In this document: positions 29,127 to 41,919 of the stretch, piece by piece | Layout: each line of letters begins with the position of its first letter | Numbering within the stretch: the stretch's first letter is position 1 | Assembly: GCA_963666285.1 (NCBI GenBank) | Contig: OY762711.1 | Length of the DNA: 64,000 nucleotides | Direction: 5' to 3' (one strand) | DNA from: Sedimentisphaerales bacterium | Lineage (GTDB): Bacteria; Planctomycetota; Phycisphaerae; Sedimentisphaerales; SM23-30 | Position numbers and translations under genes: made by a program | Notes under the pieces: model-generated | Database searches by the model: none | What the model was told of the DNA's origin: nothing | The model's input: the letters and a program-made list of their open reading frames with translations, nothing else

Positions 29127-32100
29127 TTATTCTTTTTCGGTAAGCCCAAGAGCCGCTTTCAATGCCTGCTCTGCCTTTTCTTCTTCCGACAATCTTTCCA
29201 GATGTTCTTCAGGACGAGCAGCGTCAGCACCTTTAGCTTCCAGGCCAAGCTCAACATTATGCTTAACCTTAATACCAAGATACGGTTTGTAAGCAGTACC
29301 AGCCGGAATAAGATGGCCCAGGATAACATTTTCCTTGAGGCCAAGAAGCTGGTCAACCTTACCAGAAATACTGGCTTCAGTAAGAACCCTGGTAGTTTCC
29401 TGGAAGCTGGCCGCCGAAACAAAGCTTTCAGAACTCAATGAAGCCTTGGTAATACCAAGCAGCAAGGTAGAAGCAGTCGCCGGACGGCATTTCTTACCAA
29501 CCGCAGGGTCACCACCAATAGCATTGATCGGCTCATTGATTTTTTCCAGTTCTTCCTTGGTTATCACCTGACCAACTCTCAGGTCTTTGGTATCACCAAC
29601 ATCACTGATTTTCAGGCTGCCCTGAAGTTGTTCATTTGCCAGACGGAACTGATACTTATCAAGTACATCGCCGGGCAGCAGATCTGTATCACCAGGACTG
29701 TCAACCTTAACTTTACGCAGCATCTGACTGACAACGATTTCCACGTGCTTATCATTGATATTCTGTTTCTGAGCCTGGTAAACACCCTGAATTTCATTTA
29801 GAAGGTATACCTGGAGGTCTTCTTCACCCTTAATTCTAAGAATATCATGCGGAACAAGCGGGCCATCAGTTAGCGGCTCACCAGCTTCCACATAGTCGCC
29901 AGAGTGAACAAGCATGTGTTTGTCATGCGGAACGTGATGTTCGACTTCCATGCCAGATTCAGAACGAACAATAATAGTCATCTTACCACGACGTTTATCA
30001 CTGCGAAGCTCAACCTGACCAGAAATAGATGCCATAGCAGCAGGCTCTTTCGGTTTACGAGCTTCAAATACTTCAGTAACACGAGGCAGACCACCGGTAA
30101 TATCCTGAGTACCGGAAATCGCACGAGGCTGTAGAGCCAGAACAACACCGGCTTTAACTTCAGAACCTTCTTCCACCTGGATACGAGCCTTAGCAGGCAG
30201 GTAATGGAAGTCAAGGATACGACCTTCGCTGTCTTCAACCATAATACGCGGATGCTTTTCACCCTTATGTTCGATAACGATCGGGCGGGCAATACCACGC
30301 TCAAGGTCGGTACGAATAGTTTCACCTTCTTCAATATCCTGGTAACGGACAATACCATTAGCTTCAGAAAGGATAGGTACGCTATGAGGGTCCCAGCTAA
30401 ACAGAGGCTGGCTTCTCTTAACTCTATCACCTTCCCGGACAAGAACCTGGGCACCATAGTTTACTTTGAACCTGTCAAGTTCACGCCCTTTGTCATCTTC
30501 CAGAATAATATTGGAATTACGTTTCAAGGAAATAAGAACACCGCTGTCCTCTGGGTCATCAACAGCATTCATATCAATATCAAATTTAATAATACCATCG
30601 TAAGTAGCCTTAACGTCATTTTCCATAACGTTACGCTCAGCAATACCACCAGTATGGAACGTACGCATTGTAAGCTGAGTACCAGGTTCACCAATCGACT
30701 GGGCAGCAATAATACCGGCAGCCAAACCTTTTTCTACAACTTTACCAGTACTAAGGTCAACACCATAGCATTTTGCACAAATACCAATCGGACTTTCGCA
30801 AGTCATCGGACTTCTTACACTGATTGATTCCAAGCCAAGCTCTTCAATCTTACGGGCAGCTTCGGATGTGATAATCTCATTTTCCTGTACCACCATTTCG
30901 TCAGTGATAGGGTTACGTACAGTTTCACGAGCAACACGACCGGTTATAATATTACGCAGCGGAATAGAAACCTCTTCACCCTGATATACAGCAGATTTCC
31001 TGATACCGTTGAGAGTACCGCAATCGTCAATATTAACAATAACATTCTGGCAGACATCAGCCAGTTTACGAGTAAGGTAACCTGAATCCGCAGTCTTAAG
31101 AGCGGTATCAGCCAAACCTTTACGAGCACCGTGAGTTGAGCTGAAATATTCCAGTACGTTAAGACCTTCGCGGAAGTTAGCCTTAATAGGTGTTTCAATA
31201 ATCTCACCAGACGGCTTAGCCATAAGAGCACGCATACCAGCCAGCTGCTGAATCTGGTCAATACGACCACGAGCACCAGACTCTGTCATCAGAAATACCG
31301 GGTTAAGATATTTGTAAGCTCCGGCATCACCTTCGAAAGCTTCCTTCATGTCTTCAACACGCCAGTCAATTTCCATCTCCTTGATCATCTCGCCGGTAAC
31401 TTCTACGCGAGCGTGAGTCCATGCGTCAATAATCTGGTTGTATCTTTCACCTTCGGTCAAGGCTCCGGCATTGAAGTTATCTTCGATCTGATCAACTTTA
31501 GCCTGGGTCTTGCCGATAATTTCCTGTTTACGAGAAGGAATACGCAAGTCAGTAACAGAAATAGACAATCCGGCAAGAGTAGCATATTTGAAACCGAGAT
31601 TCTTGATTTCATCAAGCAGGTCGATCGTATGAGCACGTCCTGAAATTTCAAAACAATCACTAATAACTCTACTGAGGCCCTTATTACCAAGCTGCATATT
31701 ATAGAACGGCATATCATCAGGCAGAATATCATTGAAGATACAACGGCCAACAGTAGTCTGAATAGTGGCACCATAATCGGTATATTTACCGGCAGCATCG
31801 ATAGCACGTTTATTTTCAGGCAGACGGACATGAACTTTTGCCAGAACAGCAACTTTTTTCAATTCGTACGCCATAATTGCTTCAAAGGTACTGCTAAACA
31901 GCATTCCCTCGCCCTTCTTGCCATCGCTCATCATGGTAATATAATAGTTACCAAGTACAACGTCCTGCGAAGGTGACATAATAGGTGCACCATTTGAAGG
32001 CGAGAAAATATTGTGAGTTGACATCATCAAGGTATGAGCTTCAGCCTGAGCTTCAACCGAAAGCGGCAGGTGAACAGCCATCTGGTCACCGTCAAAGTCA

Positions 32101-33461
32101 GCATTAAAACCACGACATACCAGAGGATGAAGCTGAATAGCCTTACCTTCAATAAGTTTAGGTTCAAATGCCTGAATACCCATACGGTGCAAAGTTGGAG
32201 CACGGTTAAGTAGGACAGGATGAGCGTGGATTACTTCTTCGAGTACATCCCAGACGGCATCATCACGTCTTTCCAGCATTTTCTTAGCTGATTTAATAGT
32301 ATCAGCCAGCCCCTGCTCTTTTAATCTTCGGATAATAAACGGCTGGTAAAGCTCTAAGGCGATTTTCTTAGGCAGACCACACTGGAACAATCTCAGCTCA
32401 GGACCAACCACGATAACCGAACGAGCAGAATAGTCCACACGTTTTCCAAGAAGGTTTTCACGGAAACGCCCCTGCTTACCTTTAATCATATCGGTAAGAC
32501 TCTTAAGCGGTCTGTTGCTAGAACCTAGAACCGGCCTTCTGCAGCGGCCATTATCAAATAGAGCGTCTACAGCCTGCTGAAGCATACGTTTTTCATTTCG
32601 AATAATAACTTCAGGAGCGTTAAGGTCAACCAGTTTTTTCAAACGGTTATTTCTATTGATAATACGACGATACAGGTCATTCAAGTCACTGGTAGCAAAG
32701 TTACCACTTTCAAGCATAACCAGCGGACGCAGATCCGGCGGAATAACCGGGATAACATCCATTGTCATATTTTTAGGATCGTTATTGCTTTTACGAAGAG
32801 ATTCAAGAATCTTCAATCTTTTAGAAATATCTTTTTTCTTCTGCTGACTGGAAGTTTTTTCCAGTTCTTCACGCAGAACAACAGAAACTTCCTGCATATC
32901 AAGCTTGTCAAGAAGCGAACGTACAGCATCAGCTCCCATTTCAGCAACGAACACACTGCCGTAAGTATCCAAAGCTCTGCGATATTCTTCTTCGGTAAGA
33001 AGCTGCCCCAACTGAAGCTGGGTAGGACCTGGATCGGTAACTACATAATCCTGATAATAACAGATCTTTTCGATTTCGGCAGTTTTCATACTCAGGATAT
33101 TTGCAAGCCTGGAAGGCATAGCCTTAAAGAACCAGATATGTACGATAGGAGCCGCAAGTTTGATATGGCCCATACGTTTACGACGACAGCGACTGTGTGT
33201 AACTTTTACGCCGCAACGGTCGCAAATAATACCTTTGAACTTTGTGCCTTTATATTTGCCGCAAGCACATTCCCAGTCTCTTTCCGGGCCAAAAATACGC
33301 TCACAGAACAAACCGTCTTTCTCTGGACGGTAGGTACGGTAGTTGATGGTTTCCGGCTTGCGAACTTCACCGTAAGACCAGCTAAGGATATCATGCTGGT
33401 CTGCCAGAGAAATCTTCACAGAACCGTAATCATTTATGCGATCATAAATCGATTCAACCAT
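29127..33461 (-). CDS. rpoC: RNA polymerase beta' subunit
   Basis: Catalytic [11 protein letters not shown]-terminal zinc finger, and [13 protein letters not shown]. Confidence 0.99.
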   Translation of the reverse strand: MVESIYDRINDYGSVKISLADQHDILSWSYGEVRKPETINYRTYRPEKDGLFCERIFGPERDWECACGKYKGTKFKGIICDRCGVKVTHSRCRRKRMGHIKLAAPIVHIWFFKAMPSRLANILSMKTAEIEKICYYQDYVVTDPGPTQLQLGQLLTEEEYRRALDTYGSVFVAEMGADAVRSLLDKLDMQEVSVVLREELEKTSSQQKKKDISKRLKILESLRKSNNDPKNMTMDVIPVIPPDLRPLVMLESGNFATSDLNDLYRRIINRNNRLKKLVDLNAPEVIIRNEKRMLQQAVDALFDNGRCRRPVLGSSNRPLKSLTDMIKGKQGRFRENLLGKRVDYSARSVIVVGPELRLFQCGLPKKIALELYQPFIIRRLKEQGLADTIKSAKKMLERRDDAVWDVLEEVIHAHPVLLNRAPTLHRMGIQAFEPKLIEGKAIQLHPLVCRGFNADFDGDQMAVHLPLSVEAQAEAHTLMMSTHNIFSPSNGAPIMSPSQDVVLGNYYITMMSDGKKGEGMLFSSTFEAIMAYELKKVAVLAKVHVRLPENKRAIDAAGKYTDYGATIQTTVGRCIFNDILPDDMPFYNMQLGNKGLSRVISDCFEISGRAHTIDLLDEIKNLGFKYATLAGLSISVTDLRIPSRKQEIIGKTQAKVDQIEDNFNAGALTEGERYNQIIDAWTHARVEVTGEMIKEMEIDWRVEDMKEAFEGDAGAYKYLNPVFLMTESGARGRIDQIQQLAGMRALMAKPSGEIIETPIKANFREGLNVLEYFSSTHGARKGLADTALKTADSGYLTRKLADVCQNVIVNIDDCGTLNGIRKSAVYQGEEVSIPLRNIITGRVARETVRNPITDEMVVQENEIITSEAARKIEELGLESISVRSPMTCESPIGICAKCYGVDLSTGKVVEKGLAAGIIAAQSIGEPGTQLTMRTFHTGGIAERNVMENDVKATYDGIIKFDIDMNAVDDPEDSGVLISLKRNSNIILEDDKGRELDRFKVNYGAQVLVREGDRVKRSQPLFSWDPHSVPILSEANGIVRYQDIEEGETIRTDLERGIARPIVIEHKGEKHPRIMVEDSEGRILDFHYLPAKARIQVEEGSEVKAGVVLALQPRAISGTQDITGGLPRVTEVFEARKPKEPAAMASISGQVELRSDKRRGKMTIIVRSESGMEVEHHVPHDKHMLVHSGDYVEAGEPLTDGPLVPHDILRIKGEEDLQVYLLNEIQGVYQAQKQNINDKHVEIVVSQMLRKVKVDSPGDTDLLPGDVLDKYQFRLANEQLQGSLKISDVGDTKDLRVGQVITKEELEKINEPINAIGGDPAVGKKCRPATASTLLLGITKASLSSESFVSAASFQETTRVLTEASISGKVDQLLGLKENVILGHLIPAGTAYKPYLGIKVKHNVELGLEAKGADAARPEEHLERLSEEEKAEQALKAALGLTEKE

Positions 33462-33637
33462 TATTAACTCCTTGTTTTAATCTTTACTTTCGGTATGCTG
33501 TCTAAAGCTCACGGAATCATACGGCATAAATACCGCCACAAAATACAAGCCTTTTGCTCTTTTAGGCAACCGATATTAACATCCGATTTATCTCCGGATG
33601 ATTTTTTAATCCAAAAATAATCAAGCCAACAAACGAA

Positions 33638-36600
33638 TTAGAGGCGTTTCTTTTCGAGGAACATATTGAGTCCCAATCCCCTGATTTCGTTACAAAGTAC
33701 ATCGAACGATACAGGAGTTCCGGCTTCAAGCATATTAGTACCTTTAACCATGGACTCATAAATCTTGGTACGACCTTCAACGTCATCACTTTTAACAGTA
33801 AGCAATTCCTGCAGAATATAGGCAGTACCATAGGCCTCGAGGCCCCATACTTCCATTTCACCAAATCTCTGGCCACCAGTTCTGGCCTTACCGCCAAGCG
33901 GCTGCTGAGTAATAAGACTGTAAGGTCCGGTAGCACGAGCATGAATTTTATCATCAACCAGGTGATGCAGTTTAAGCATATACATATAACCAATAGTTAC
34001 AGGCTGCTCAAATGGTTCACCAGTTCGGCCGTCATAGACTGTTATCTTGCCGCCATAAGGCATTTCAACGAGAACTTCATCCTTAGATGGAGTACGTTTA
34101 CCTTCATCTATTTCAGCGACCCTTCTTCTGACATCGGCATTAGCGTCGGCAACAGCGACATGAATTTCTTCTTCATCAGCCCCATCAAATACCGGGTTAA
34201 TAGCCTGGAAGCCAAGAATCTTTGCAGCCCATCCCAAATGAGTTTCCAGAATCTGTCCAACATTCATACGACCTGGTACACCAAGCGGGTTGAGCAGGAT
34301 TTCACATGGCGAACCATCTTCCAGGAACGGCATATCTTCTTCAGGAAGAATACGAGCGATAACACCCTTGTTACCGTGGCGACCAGCCATCTTGTCACCA
34401 ACCTTCAAGGTTCTCTTGGTAGCAACATAAACGATAACTTTTTCGAGTACACCGCTAGGCAGTTCATCGCCACGCTTCATATGTGCAAGCTTACGCTGCT
34501 GCTCTTCCTTAAGATCTGTCAGCCTTCTCTGGTAAGGCTCCATGAAGTTAGCAGCAGCTTCTTTTTCTTCATCAGAATTAAGTTTTCCTGTTATCCAGCC
34601 CTGGTCAAAATTATCAACCTGTTCCTGAATAATTTCATCAATATCACTAACACCAAGTTTCTGAGCAGTATTCGGATCAATCGGCTGTATGTTAAATTTA
34701 TCAGAAACAGCACGAGACATTTGACGAAATACTTCGCAAATACGCGAGTTCATCTCAGCCTTATATGTTTCCATTTTCTCTTTGAGCTTGGCTTTCTGCT
34801 CATCGCTCATATACATACGACGAGAGAATCTCTTAGTATCAATTACAATACCGTATCCACCGCCAGGCATTTCCAGAGATTCATTTTTAACATCTTCACC
34901 GGTTCTACCGAAAATAGCATATAAAAGTTTTTCTTCAGGTGAAAGTTCACTCTTACTCTTTGGAGATACTTTACCAACAAGAATATCACCCTGATGAACA
35001 TAAGTACCGACGCGAACGACGCCGCCCTCATCAAGATTACCTAATGCCTTTTCAGATACATTAGGAATATCATTAGTAAATTCTTCACGTCCAAGTTTGG
35101 TTTCACGACATTCAATATCGTATTCCTCGATATGAATACTTGTAAAGACATCATTTTTAACCAGTTTTTCACTGATAAGAATAGCATCCTCAAAGTTGTA
35201 ACCGTCGAACATCATAAATGCTACACGAACATTTCTACCAAGTGCCAGTTCGCCGCCATTAGTAGCAGCACCATCAGCAATAACCTGTCCTTTTGATACC
35301 TTTTCGCCAAGCTTGACAATAGGTTTCTGATTGATACAGGTTCGCTCATTGAGTCCCTGGAACTTACGCAGTTCATATTCATCTGCTTCGTCAATAACGA
35401 TACGTTTAGCATCAACATAGGTGACAATACCATCACGTCGTGAAACTATAACCATTGAACTGTTACGAGCCACGATTTTTTCAATACCGGTAGCTATCAC
35501 AGGTGGTTCAGTCCTGAGCAGTGGTACTGCCTGACGCTGCATGTTCGAACCCATAAGAGCACGGTTAGCATCGTCATGTTCAAGGAAAGGAATAAGCGAA
35601 GCTGAAACACCAACTGTCTGGTCAGGAGCAATATCAACAAATTCAATCTCACTGGCGTCAGCCTGAGCAAGGTCACCATCAACACGAGCCAGAACAACAC
35701 CATCAGTTAACTTGGCAATACCATCTTCCAGCACATCCACCGGTGCAAGAATAGCTTCGATTTCTTCATCAGCACGCAGGTATACGATCTCTTCAGCTTT
35801 CTTACCATCAACCTTACGATACGGGGTAATCAGGAAGCCGTACTCATCAACGGTCGAGTAGATACTGAGAGAACTAATCAAACCAATATTTGTACCTTCA
35901 GGAGTTTCAATCGGGCAAATTCTGCCATAATGTGAAATATGTACGTCACGCACTTCAAAGCCGGCACGTTTTCTGTTCAAACCACCAGGGCCAAGAGCAG
36001 AAAGTCTTCTTTCATGAGTCAGCTGACTTAGCGGGTTAGTCTGGTCGACAACCTGGCTAAGCTCACCCCTGCCAAAGAAGAAGTCAATCGCACTGGTGAT
36101 ACTCTTGCTGTTTATAAGTTCAGAAATTCGGCTAAGTTCATTCATATCCTTAACGCTAATACGTTCCTGAACGCTTCTGCGAAGCTTGAGGAACCCTTTT
36201 CTGAGCTCATCAGCAGCAAGTTCATCAATAGTACGAAGACGCCTGTTACCCAGATGATCGATATCATCCAGCTCTACCGACTGATCGCCTGAACGAAGTT
36301 TCAGGATATAATCCATGGAAGATACAAAATCATCATAACGAAGAACCATGTTCTCTTCCGGTACATCCAGACCAAACTTTCGATTCAAACGGAAACGCCC
36401 TACTCTACCTAAACGGTAGCGGTTGCTGTCATAGAATTTTTCAGCAAAAAGCTGTGCAGCTTTCTCGGGATTAGTAGGATTACCCGGACGCAACCTTGAA
36501 TATATTCTCAACAGAGCCTGCTCGTGATCCTCGCAAGGATCTTCAGCCAGAGTGTTGATTATAATCATATCTTTTTTATTGCCGGTACCCTTGACAATAC

Positions 36601-37414
36601 ACTCACAAATCTCAACTTCTTTCAAAGTTGACTGCTGTATAGTCTCGAGCTTTTCACCAATCTGGCACCCTGGTCTGACCAGTTCTTCACCAGTTTCGGT
36701 GTCAATTATGCCGCCAACAGCCCACATATCCGGATTAAGATCAGTAACCGAAACATTTTTAGTTTCATAGAATTCGCGAATGATACTTTCTGTTGTACCG
36801 AACTTTTCGTCCATTGCACGCAGAAAAGTCGTGGCACTAAGCTTGCCCGACTGGTCAATGCGAATGATCATTACATCCTTTTTGGTAACGTTCAGCTCAA
36901 TCCAGCTGCCACGTTCAGGAATGATCCTGCAGGCATGAAGAGGTCTGTCACCTTCCTGTGTTTCAACAACGAAATCCACACCGGGGCTGCGATGTAACTG
37001 GTTAACGATAACCCTTTCAGCACCATTGATGATAAACTCGCCACCACCAATCATAATCGGCAGCTCACCAAGGTATACGCTATCTTCCATGACTTCATCG
37101 CTATCGTTACGAGTCAGTCTGCAGCGAATTCTAAAAGGACAGCCGTAAGTTAATCTTAACTGACGACATTCATCTGTGTTATAACGAGGTTTTCCCAGCT
37201 CATAGCTGATATATTCGAGAATATAATTCTCGTCGTAGCTTACAATCGGGAAAATTTCCTTCAGTAAAGCCTCGATACCAACCAGTTTGCGCTCTGGTGA
37301 TGGAATATCAGCCTGTAAAAACTTTTCATAGCTGATTTTTTGAACATCACTCAATGAGGGGATTTCGGTTTCTGCTTTGAACCGACCAAAATGGCGAATC
37401 TCCTTGAAGGCCAT
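33638..37414 (-). CDS. rpoB: RNA polymerase beta subunit
   Basis: [23 protein letters not shown] and GGQRFGEME. Confidence 0.99.
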   Translation of the reverse strand: MAFKEIRHFGRFKAETEIPSLSDVQKISYEKFLQADIPSPERKLVGIEALLKEIFPIVSYDENYILEYISYELGKPRYNTDECRQLRLTYGCPFRIRCRLTRNDSDEVMEDSVYLGELPIMIGGGEFIINGAERVIVNQLHRSPGVDFVVETQEGDRPLHACRIIPERGSWIELNVTKKDVMIIRIDQSGKLSATTFLRAMDEKFGTTESIIREFYETKNVSVTDLNPDMWAVGGIIDTETGEELVRPGCQIGEKLETIQQSTLKEVEICECIVKGTGNKKDMIIINTLAEDPCEDHEQALLRIYSRLRPGNPTNPEKAAQLFAEKFYDSNRYRLGRVGRFRLNRKFGLDVPEENMVLRYDDFVSSMDYILKLRSGDQSVELDDIDHLGNRRLRTIDELAADELRKGFLKLRRSVQERISVKDMNELSRISELINSKSITSAIDFFFGRGELSQVVDQTNPLSQLTHERRLSALGPGGLNRKRAGFEVRDVHISHYGRICPIETPEGTNIGLISSLSIYSTVDEYGFLITPYRKVDGKKAEEIVYLRADEEIEAILAPVDVLEDGIAKLTDGVVLARVDGDLAQADASEIEFVDIAPDQTVGVSASLIPFLEHDDANRALMGSNMQRQAVPLLRTEPPVIATGIEKIVARNSSMVIVSRRDGIVTYVDAKRIVIDEADEYELRKFQGLNERTCINQKPIVKLGEKVSKGQVIADGAATNGGELALGRNVRVAFMMFDGYNFEDAILISEKLVKNDVFTSIHIEEYDIECRETKLGREEFTNDIPNVSEKALGNLDEGGVVRVGTYVHQGDILVGKVSPKSKSELSPEEKLLYAIFGRTGEDVKNESLEMPGGGYGIVIDTKRFSRRMYMSDEQKAKLKEKMETYKAEMNSRICEVFRQMSRAVSDKFNIQPIDPNTAQKLGVSDIDEIIQEQVDNFDQGWITGKLNSDEEKEAAANFMEPYQRRLTDLKEEQQRKLAHMKRGDELPSGVLEKVIVYVATKRTLKVGDKMAGRHGNKGVIARILPEEDMPFLEDGSPCEILLNPLGVPGRMNVGQILETHLGWAAKILGFQAINPVFDGADEEEIHVAVADANADVRRRVAEIDEGKRTPSKDEVLVEMPYGGKITVYDGRTGEPFEQPVTIGYMYMLKLHHLVDDKIHARATGPYSLITQQPLGGKARTGGQRFGEMEVWGLEAYGTAYILQELLTVKSDDVEGRTKIYESMVKGTNMLEAGTPVSFDVLCNEIRGLGLNMFLEKKRL

Positions 37415-37646
37415 ATTGTTCTCCTGAACTTTTGAGGTTCCGTTTCTTTTAATTTTGATTTCAGCGTCCCGAAATCAAAGATACGGTAATATTTCCGGAA
37501 TAAACTAAACTTAAATTATCGTATAGCCGAAGCCGAAACTGACATCGGCTATACGGTATTCAGCACAATAAGCTGATTACGGCAATGCCGTAATGTCCAG
37601 GAAATAAGCTGTATTGATCTTATTATCCTGAAACAGAAAAACTGCA

Positions 37647-38048
37647 TTATGCAAGTTCTACAGTAGCACCAACATCTTCCAAAGCCTTCTTCAAAGCTTC
37701 GGCATCTTCTTTGCTCATGCCTTCTTTGATAGTCTTAGGAGCATTGTCAACGATCTCCTTGGCTTCTTTCAGGCCAAGACCGGTTGCACCACGAACTTCC
37801 TTAATAACCTTGATCTTCTGATCGCCGGCAGCTTTCAGAACAACATCAAAGCTTGTCTTTTCTTCAGCAGCTTCTGCTTCTGCAGGAGCAGCAGCCATAA
37901 CTACAGCACCACCACCAGCAGCAGGTTCAATACCATGAACGTCCTTCAGGTAGTCAGCCAGTTCTTTTGCCTGCAGCAGGGTCAAACCAACAATCTGGTC
38001 ACCAAGTGCTTTGATATCATCACTGAATGTTTTTGCTTCTTCTGACAT
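37647..38048 (-). CDS. rplL: 50S ribosomal protein L7/L12
   Basis: [10 protein letters not shown] and [13 protein letters not shown] Shine-Dalgarno supports the start MSEEAK at 38048. Confidence 0.97.
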   Translation of the reverse strand: MSEEAKTFSDDIKALGDQIVGLTLLQAKELADYLKDVHGIEPAAGGGAVVMAAAPAEAEAAEEKTSFDVVLKAAGDQKIKVIKEVRGATGLGLKEAKEIVDNAPKTIKEGMSKEDAEALKKALEDVGATVELA

Positions 38049-38174
38049 AATTAAATCTCCAATATTTTTCAGGTTGCGTTCCAATGGCCACAGCTACACC
38101 GCTATGTTTAACCCGCTTCGGGGACAGTCGGAAATCACAACGTTAAAATTCCATATTCTTTGTAAAAACAGAAA

Positions 38175-38699
38175 TTAAGCTGCGTCATCTTCCTTATCGA
38201 TGATAGCCTTAATACAGCCGGCAATAGTACCAGCCGGACCAACAACTGCACCTGCAAGAGTTGATGCCGGGCTCAATGCCAACTGAACCACCATACCCTG
38301 CTGTTCTGCACGAGACAGCATCTTGCTCAAAGCTTTTGCACCTGCTGCATCAAGAGCTGCACCTTCAACGAAGGCCCCCTTAATTTCAAGTTTATCTAAA
38401 GCTTTTTCCCATTTAACAATTTCTTTTGCCAGAGAAACAATATCTTCACCGCCAAAAGCAACTGCACAAGGTCCCTGGAAAAGCTCATCAATATTTTCAT
38501 GACCTAAAGCCTTTAGAGCACGAACAGCAAGTGTGTTTTTAACAACACAAACAAAGATTTCACTTTTTCCAAGTTCATTACGAAAATTATTGTTGTCATT
38601 ACCACTAATACCGAATAGTGAAATAACCATAAAATCTGAGCGGCCATCAAGTTTAGCCTTGGTTTCCTGCTCGATTAAACTTTTTATTCTTTTACTCAT
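38175..38699 (-). CDS. rplJ: 50S ribosomal protein L10
   Basis: VVKNTLA motif and position between rplA and rplL. Confidence 0.93.
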   Translation of the reverse strand: MSKRIKSLIEQETKAKLDGRSDFMVISLFGISGNDNNNFRNELGKSEIFVCVVKNTLAVRALKALGHENIDELFQGPCAVAFGGEDIVSLAKEIVKWEKALDKLEIKGAFVEGAALDAAGAKALSKMLSRAEQQGMVVQLALSPASTLAGAVVGPAGTIAGCIKAIIDKEDDAA

Positions 38700-38749
38700 T
38701 TGATGCCTCTTATATTCAATTAAGGTTTAATAAAATAACAGAAAAACCT

Positions 38750-39430
38750 TTAGCTAACATCCACTAAAACTGACGGACTCATTGTAGCTGCAATAGCACA
38801 TTTTTTGATATAAGTACCTTTAGCAGCAGTTGGTTTGATTTTTTTAATAAGATCGATAAAAGCCTTAATATTGTCAACGAGCTTATCATTATCAAAATTT
38901 AACTTACCTACAGGAATATGAACATTTCCACCACTATCGTTACGATATTCAACTTTACCAGCAGCGTATTCCTTAACAGCATTTTCAATATCAGCTGTAA
39001 CGGTACCACTCTTTGGAGAAGGCATCTTGCCCTGCGGACCAAGAACTCTACCGAGCTTACCAACTTTACCCATCATTTTAGGATGTGAGATAGCCACATC
39101 AAAATCCAGCCAACCACCGGCAACTTTAGCCACAAGTTCGTCACCTTCGGCTTCAATTGCACCAGCAGCTTTGGCTACTTCGATGTCATCACCTTCACAA
39201 AAGACAACAACCTTAAGAGTCTTTCCAATACCATGCGGTAATGAAACCGCCCCACGTATAGCCTGATCTGCCTGTCGCGGGTCAATACCAAGATGAACCA
39301 CACATTCAACTGTCTGATTAAACTTGGTTGTACCCCAGTCTTTCAACCTGGCTACAGCCTGATCCAGAGGCAAAGCTTCTTTTGAGAATGACTCTAGATC
39401 TTTTTTATATCTTTTACTTCTTGTTCGCAT
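38750..39430 (-). CDS. rplA: 50S ribosomal protein L1
   Basis: LPHGIGK and [15 protein letters not shown]. Confidence 0.98.
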   Translation of the reverse strand: MRTRSKRYKKDLESFSKEALPLDQAVARLKDWGTTKFNQTVECVVHLGIDPRQADQAIRGAVSLPHGIGKTLKVVVFCEGDDIEVAKAAGAIEAEGDELVAKVAGGWLDFDVAISHPKMMGKVGKLGRVLGPQGKMPSPKSGTVTADIENAVKEYAAGKVEYRNDSGGNVHIPVGKLNFDNDKLVDNIKAFIDLIKKIKPTAAKGTYIKKCAIAATMSPSVLVDVS

Positions 39431-39544
39431 TGATCACCTCGTGAAAACGCTCCCACTGTTACAGGCCGTGGTATGCCAAACCAAATTTACTTGTAATCAA
39501 GATTACAACTCAAAAGTAGCAATCTATCTGTTTTCTAACCTTTA

Positions 39545-39967
39545 TTATTCTACTTCAATACCCATGCTTCTAGCTGTACCAGCAATAACTCTCATAGCAG
39601 CTTCCACATTTGCTGTATTCAAGTCATTCATTTTTGTTTCAGCTATTTCCTTGACCTGATCCAGGGAAACTTTGCCAACTTTATTGGTGTTAGGCTCGCC
39701 ACTTCCCTTAGCAAGACCAGCTGCTTTTTTGAGCAGAACTGCTGCCGGAGGGCTTTTCAGTTCAAATTCGAAAGTACGATCTGCATAAACTGTAATTACA
39801 CACGGAATAATCATTCCCTGCATATCTTTGGTACGTTCGTTAAACTGAGAAACAAACTGCCCAATATTTACACCGTGCTGACCTAGAGCCGGACCAATAG
39901 GAGGTGCCGGAGTAGCCTGACCACCTGGGGCCTGAACTTTAATTTTACCTGTTACTTCTTTAGCCAT
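39545..39967 (-). CDS. rplK: 50S ribosomal protein L11
   Basis: [15 protein letters not shown] and GTARSMG. Confidence 0.98.
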   Translation of the reverse strand: MAKEVTGKIKVQAPGGQATPAPPIGPALGQHGVNIGQFVSQFNERTKDMQGMIIPCVITVYADRTFEFELKSPPAAVLLKKAAGLAKGSGEPNTNKVGKVSLDQVKEIAETKMNDLNTANVEAAMRVIAGTARSMGIEVE

Positions 39968-40174
39968 TATATCCTCTTATACGCTTATTACGGTTAAAAC
40001 CGCAAATTAATTAATTTTCGTTACAGTACATCAACTCGCGTAATAGCTTTTATATATACCGATTTTGTTTATAACAGTACTCAACAAAGGCATCATGAGT
40101 ATACACAGTTATTAGAAGCAAAAAAATCGGTTAAAATTCCAATCAAAACTAGTAGTATTACACTATAAACTAAT

Positions 40175-40774
40175 TTATATTTTTTCAAGCTGCCAGTATT
40201 CGATATCCAACGGCGTTGCTCTTCCGAAGATAGTTACAATAACTCTTACTGTTCCTTTTTCAGTATCTAATTCTTCGACAGTTCCTTCAAAACCTTCAAA
40301 CGAGCCGCCTTTAATCTTAATACTGTCACCTTTAGCAAATTCCATTTGAACAGAAGGTGTATCACCTTCAGAAACATCAGCCTGGTGAAGCATCTTGGAA
40401 ACATCATCAGGTGACATCGGACTAGGTTTACCCTCAGTACCAATAAATTCACCTACCCCATTGGTTTCCTTAATGACAAACCAGCTTTTTTCCGGAATAC
40501 TGCCGTCATCATCGAGAATAAGCTCAACAAAAACATAACCAGGATAAAGTTTTCTCTCGTATAAACGCTGCTGTTTACCAACAGTACGTTTAACTTTTTC
40601 GGTAGGAACAAGCACTCTTCCAATGAGCTCTTCTAAACCTTCGACAGTAATTTTGCGTTTCAATGCTTCGCATACACCTGTCTCACGGTTAGTAGCAACT
40701 CTAAGAACACACCATACCATTTCAGGATTCGGTGCATCCTCCGAAGACTGCATAATTTCATTTGTTTCAGTCAT
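40175..40774 (-). CDS. nusG: Transcription termination/antitermination factor NusG
   Basis: KLYPGYVFV, KOW motif IKGGSFEGFEG, and IFGRATP. Confidence 0.96.
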   Translation of the reverse strand: MTETNEIMQSSEDAPNPEMVWCVLRVATNRETGVCEALKRKITVEGLEELIGRVLVPTEKVKRTVGKQQRLYERKLYPGYVFVELILDDDGSIPEKSWFVIKETNGVGEFIGTEGKPSPMSPDDVSKMLHQADVSEGDTPSVQMEFAKGDSIKIKGGSFEGFEGTVEELDTEKGTVRVIVTIFGRATPLDIEYWQLEKI

Positions 40775-40859
40775 TCAGCACCCTGTTTCGTTAATTAAGC
40801 AGCCCTCCGCTGCATAAGTTCGTCATTTACGATAAAGTCTAAGCAAAAACAATAATGCT

Positions 40860-41270
40860 TTATACTGTTATTATACCAACAAATCTAAATAACTCGTGGA
40901 AAGTCAAATCAATTACGGCAATTAAAGCAGCCAAAGCAATAACAGTCAATATAACTACCTTGGTCGATGCTATAATTTCTTTGCGAGCCGGCCAATTAAC
41001 CTTTTTCATCTCACCTTCGGTTTCAATCATAAAATCAGCACATTTGGGCTTGTTCACCAGCAGGTAAACCAAAAAGCTTAAAACAATCAAAACACCAAGA
41101 GGAATAATAGCAGTCAGCCACTGCTTTGTAGTGACATTGATATTGCCAAGCCAAGACTCAAGACTGACTTTCAGACTATAACATCCAATAGCAGCAATAG
41201 CAATACCTGCAAAAGTACTGCAGAGTCTAGTGTAATACCCCTGTCCTTTTTTATATATGGTTAATTTCAT
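40860..41270 (-). CDS. secE: Preprotein translocase subunit SecE (three-TM form)
   Basis: EMKKVNWPARKE and position between tRNA-Trp and nusG. Confidence 0.93.
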   Translation of the reverse strand: MKLTIYKKGQGYYTRLCSTFAGIAIAAIGCYSLKVSLESWLGNINVTTKQWLTAIIPLGVLIVLSFLVYLLVNKPKCADFMIETEGEMKKVNWPARKEIIASTKVVILTVIALAALIAVIDLTFHELFRFVGIITV

Positions 41271-41360
41271 TTTTATTTCCTAATGCGCCAAACCAAAATT
41301 TTCAATCAGACCTTGTCAATCCTATTTAACAAAATCTGAATATCGGCTTTCAAAGTCCAA

Positions 41361-41434
41361 CAGGTCAGGAGGGAATCGAACCCCCAACCTACGGTTTTGG
41401 AGACCGTCGCTCTGCCAAATTGAGCTACTGACCT
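41361..41434 (-). tRNA. tRNA-Trp (CCA)
   Basis: AGGTCAGTAGCTCAATTTGGCAGAGCGACGGTCT-CCA-AAACCGTAGGTTGGGGGTTCGATTCCCTCCTGACCTG cloverleaf. No encoded 3' CCA. Confidence 0.97.
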
Positions 41435-41531
41435 AAAGTTTATACAATTAGCATCAATAATAAGCAGAAAGACAATCTAAGATAAAGAAGAGCTATATCT
41501 GCTAACAGCAAACTGTATAAGATGGAATTAC

Positions 41532-41699
41532 TTATTTTTTACGCAGCTTATGAACAGTATGCTTACGGTCTTTTTTACAGAACTTGTTAAGTTCCATCTT
41601 TGGTATGCCGCCCATAGTATTAACTTCAGTTCTATAGTTTCGACTACCGCAGTCAGTACATTCCATCCAGAAAAATTCTCTTTTTGTTTTTTTTGCCAT
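41532..41699 (-). CDS. rpmG: 50S ribosomal protein L33 (55 aa; absent from the ORF track)
   Basis: Hand translation MAKKTKREFFWMECTDCGSRNYRTEVNTMGGIPKMELNKFCKKDRKHTVHKLRKK. Canonical position between tuf and tRNA-Trp. Confidence 0.95.
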   Translation of the reverse strand: MAKKTKREFFWMECTDCGSRNYRTEVNTMGGIPKMELNKFCKKDRKHTVHKLRKK

Positions 41700-41919
41700 G
41701 AAAATACCTGTTCTATTTAGCTATCAAGACAATTTCCATAATTAAACGAGTAAATATTTGAACTAATAATTATGAAAATTAAGGCTTTTATCTGCATTTA
41801 TATAGTTTTCCAAGGGCGGTCAGCTACCTATACAGGTTTCTGACCGCCCCTGGTCAACTTATTTCACGAAATTAAGTCCGATCTTATGCTTATCAAAAGC
41901 AGGGATCGAAACCTAAATA

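Noticed and set aside
30204..34924. Long plus-strand ORFs (30204-30827, 33941-34924) opposite rpoC and rpoB
   Set aside because: They are antisense shadows of strongly codon-biased essential genes, with no recognisable motifs.
29127..37414. Inteins or a fusion in rpoB/rpoC
   Set aside because: Lengths are ordinary, the genes are separate, and no intein splice motifs were seen.
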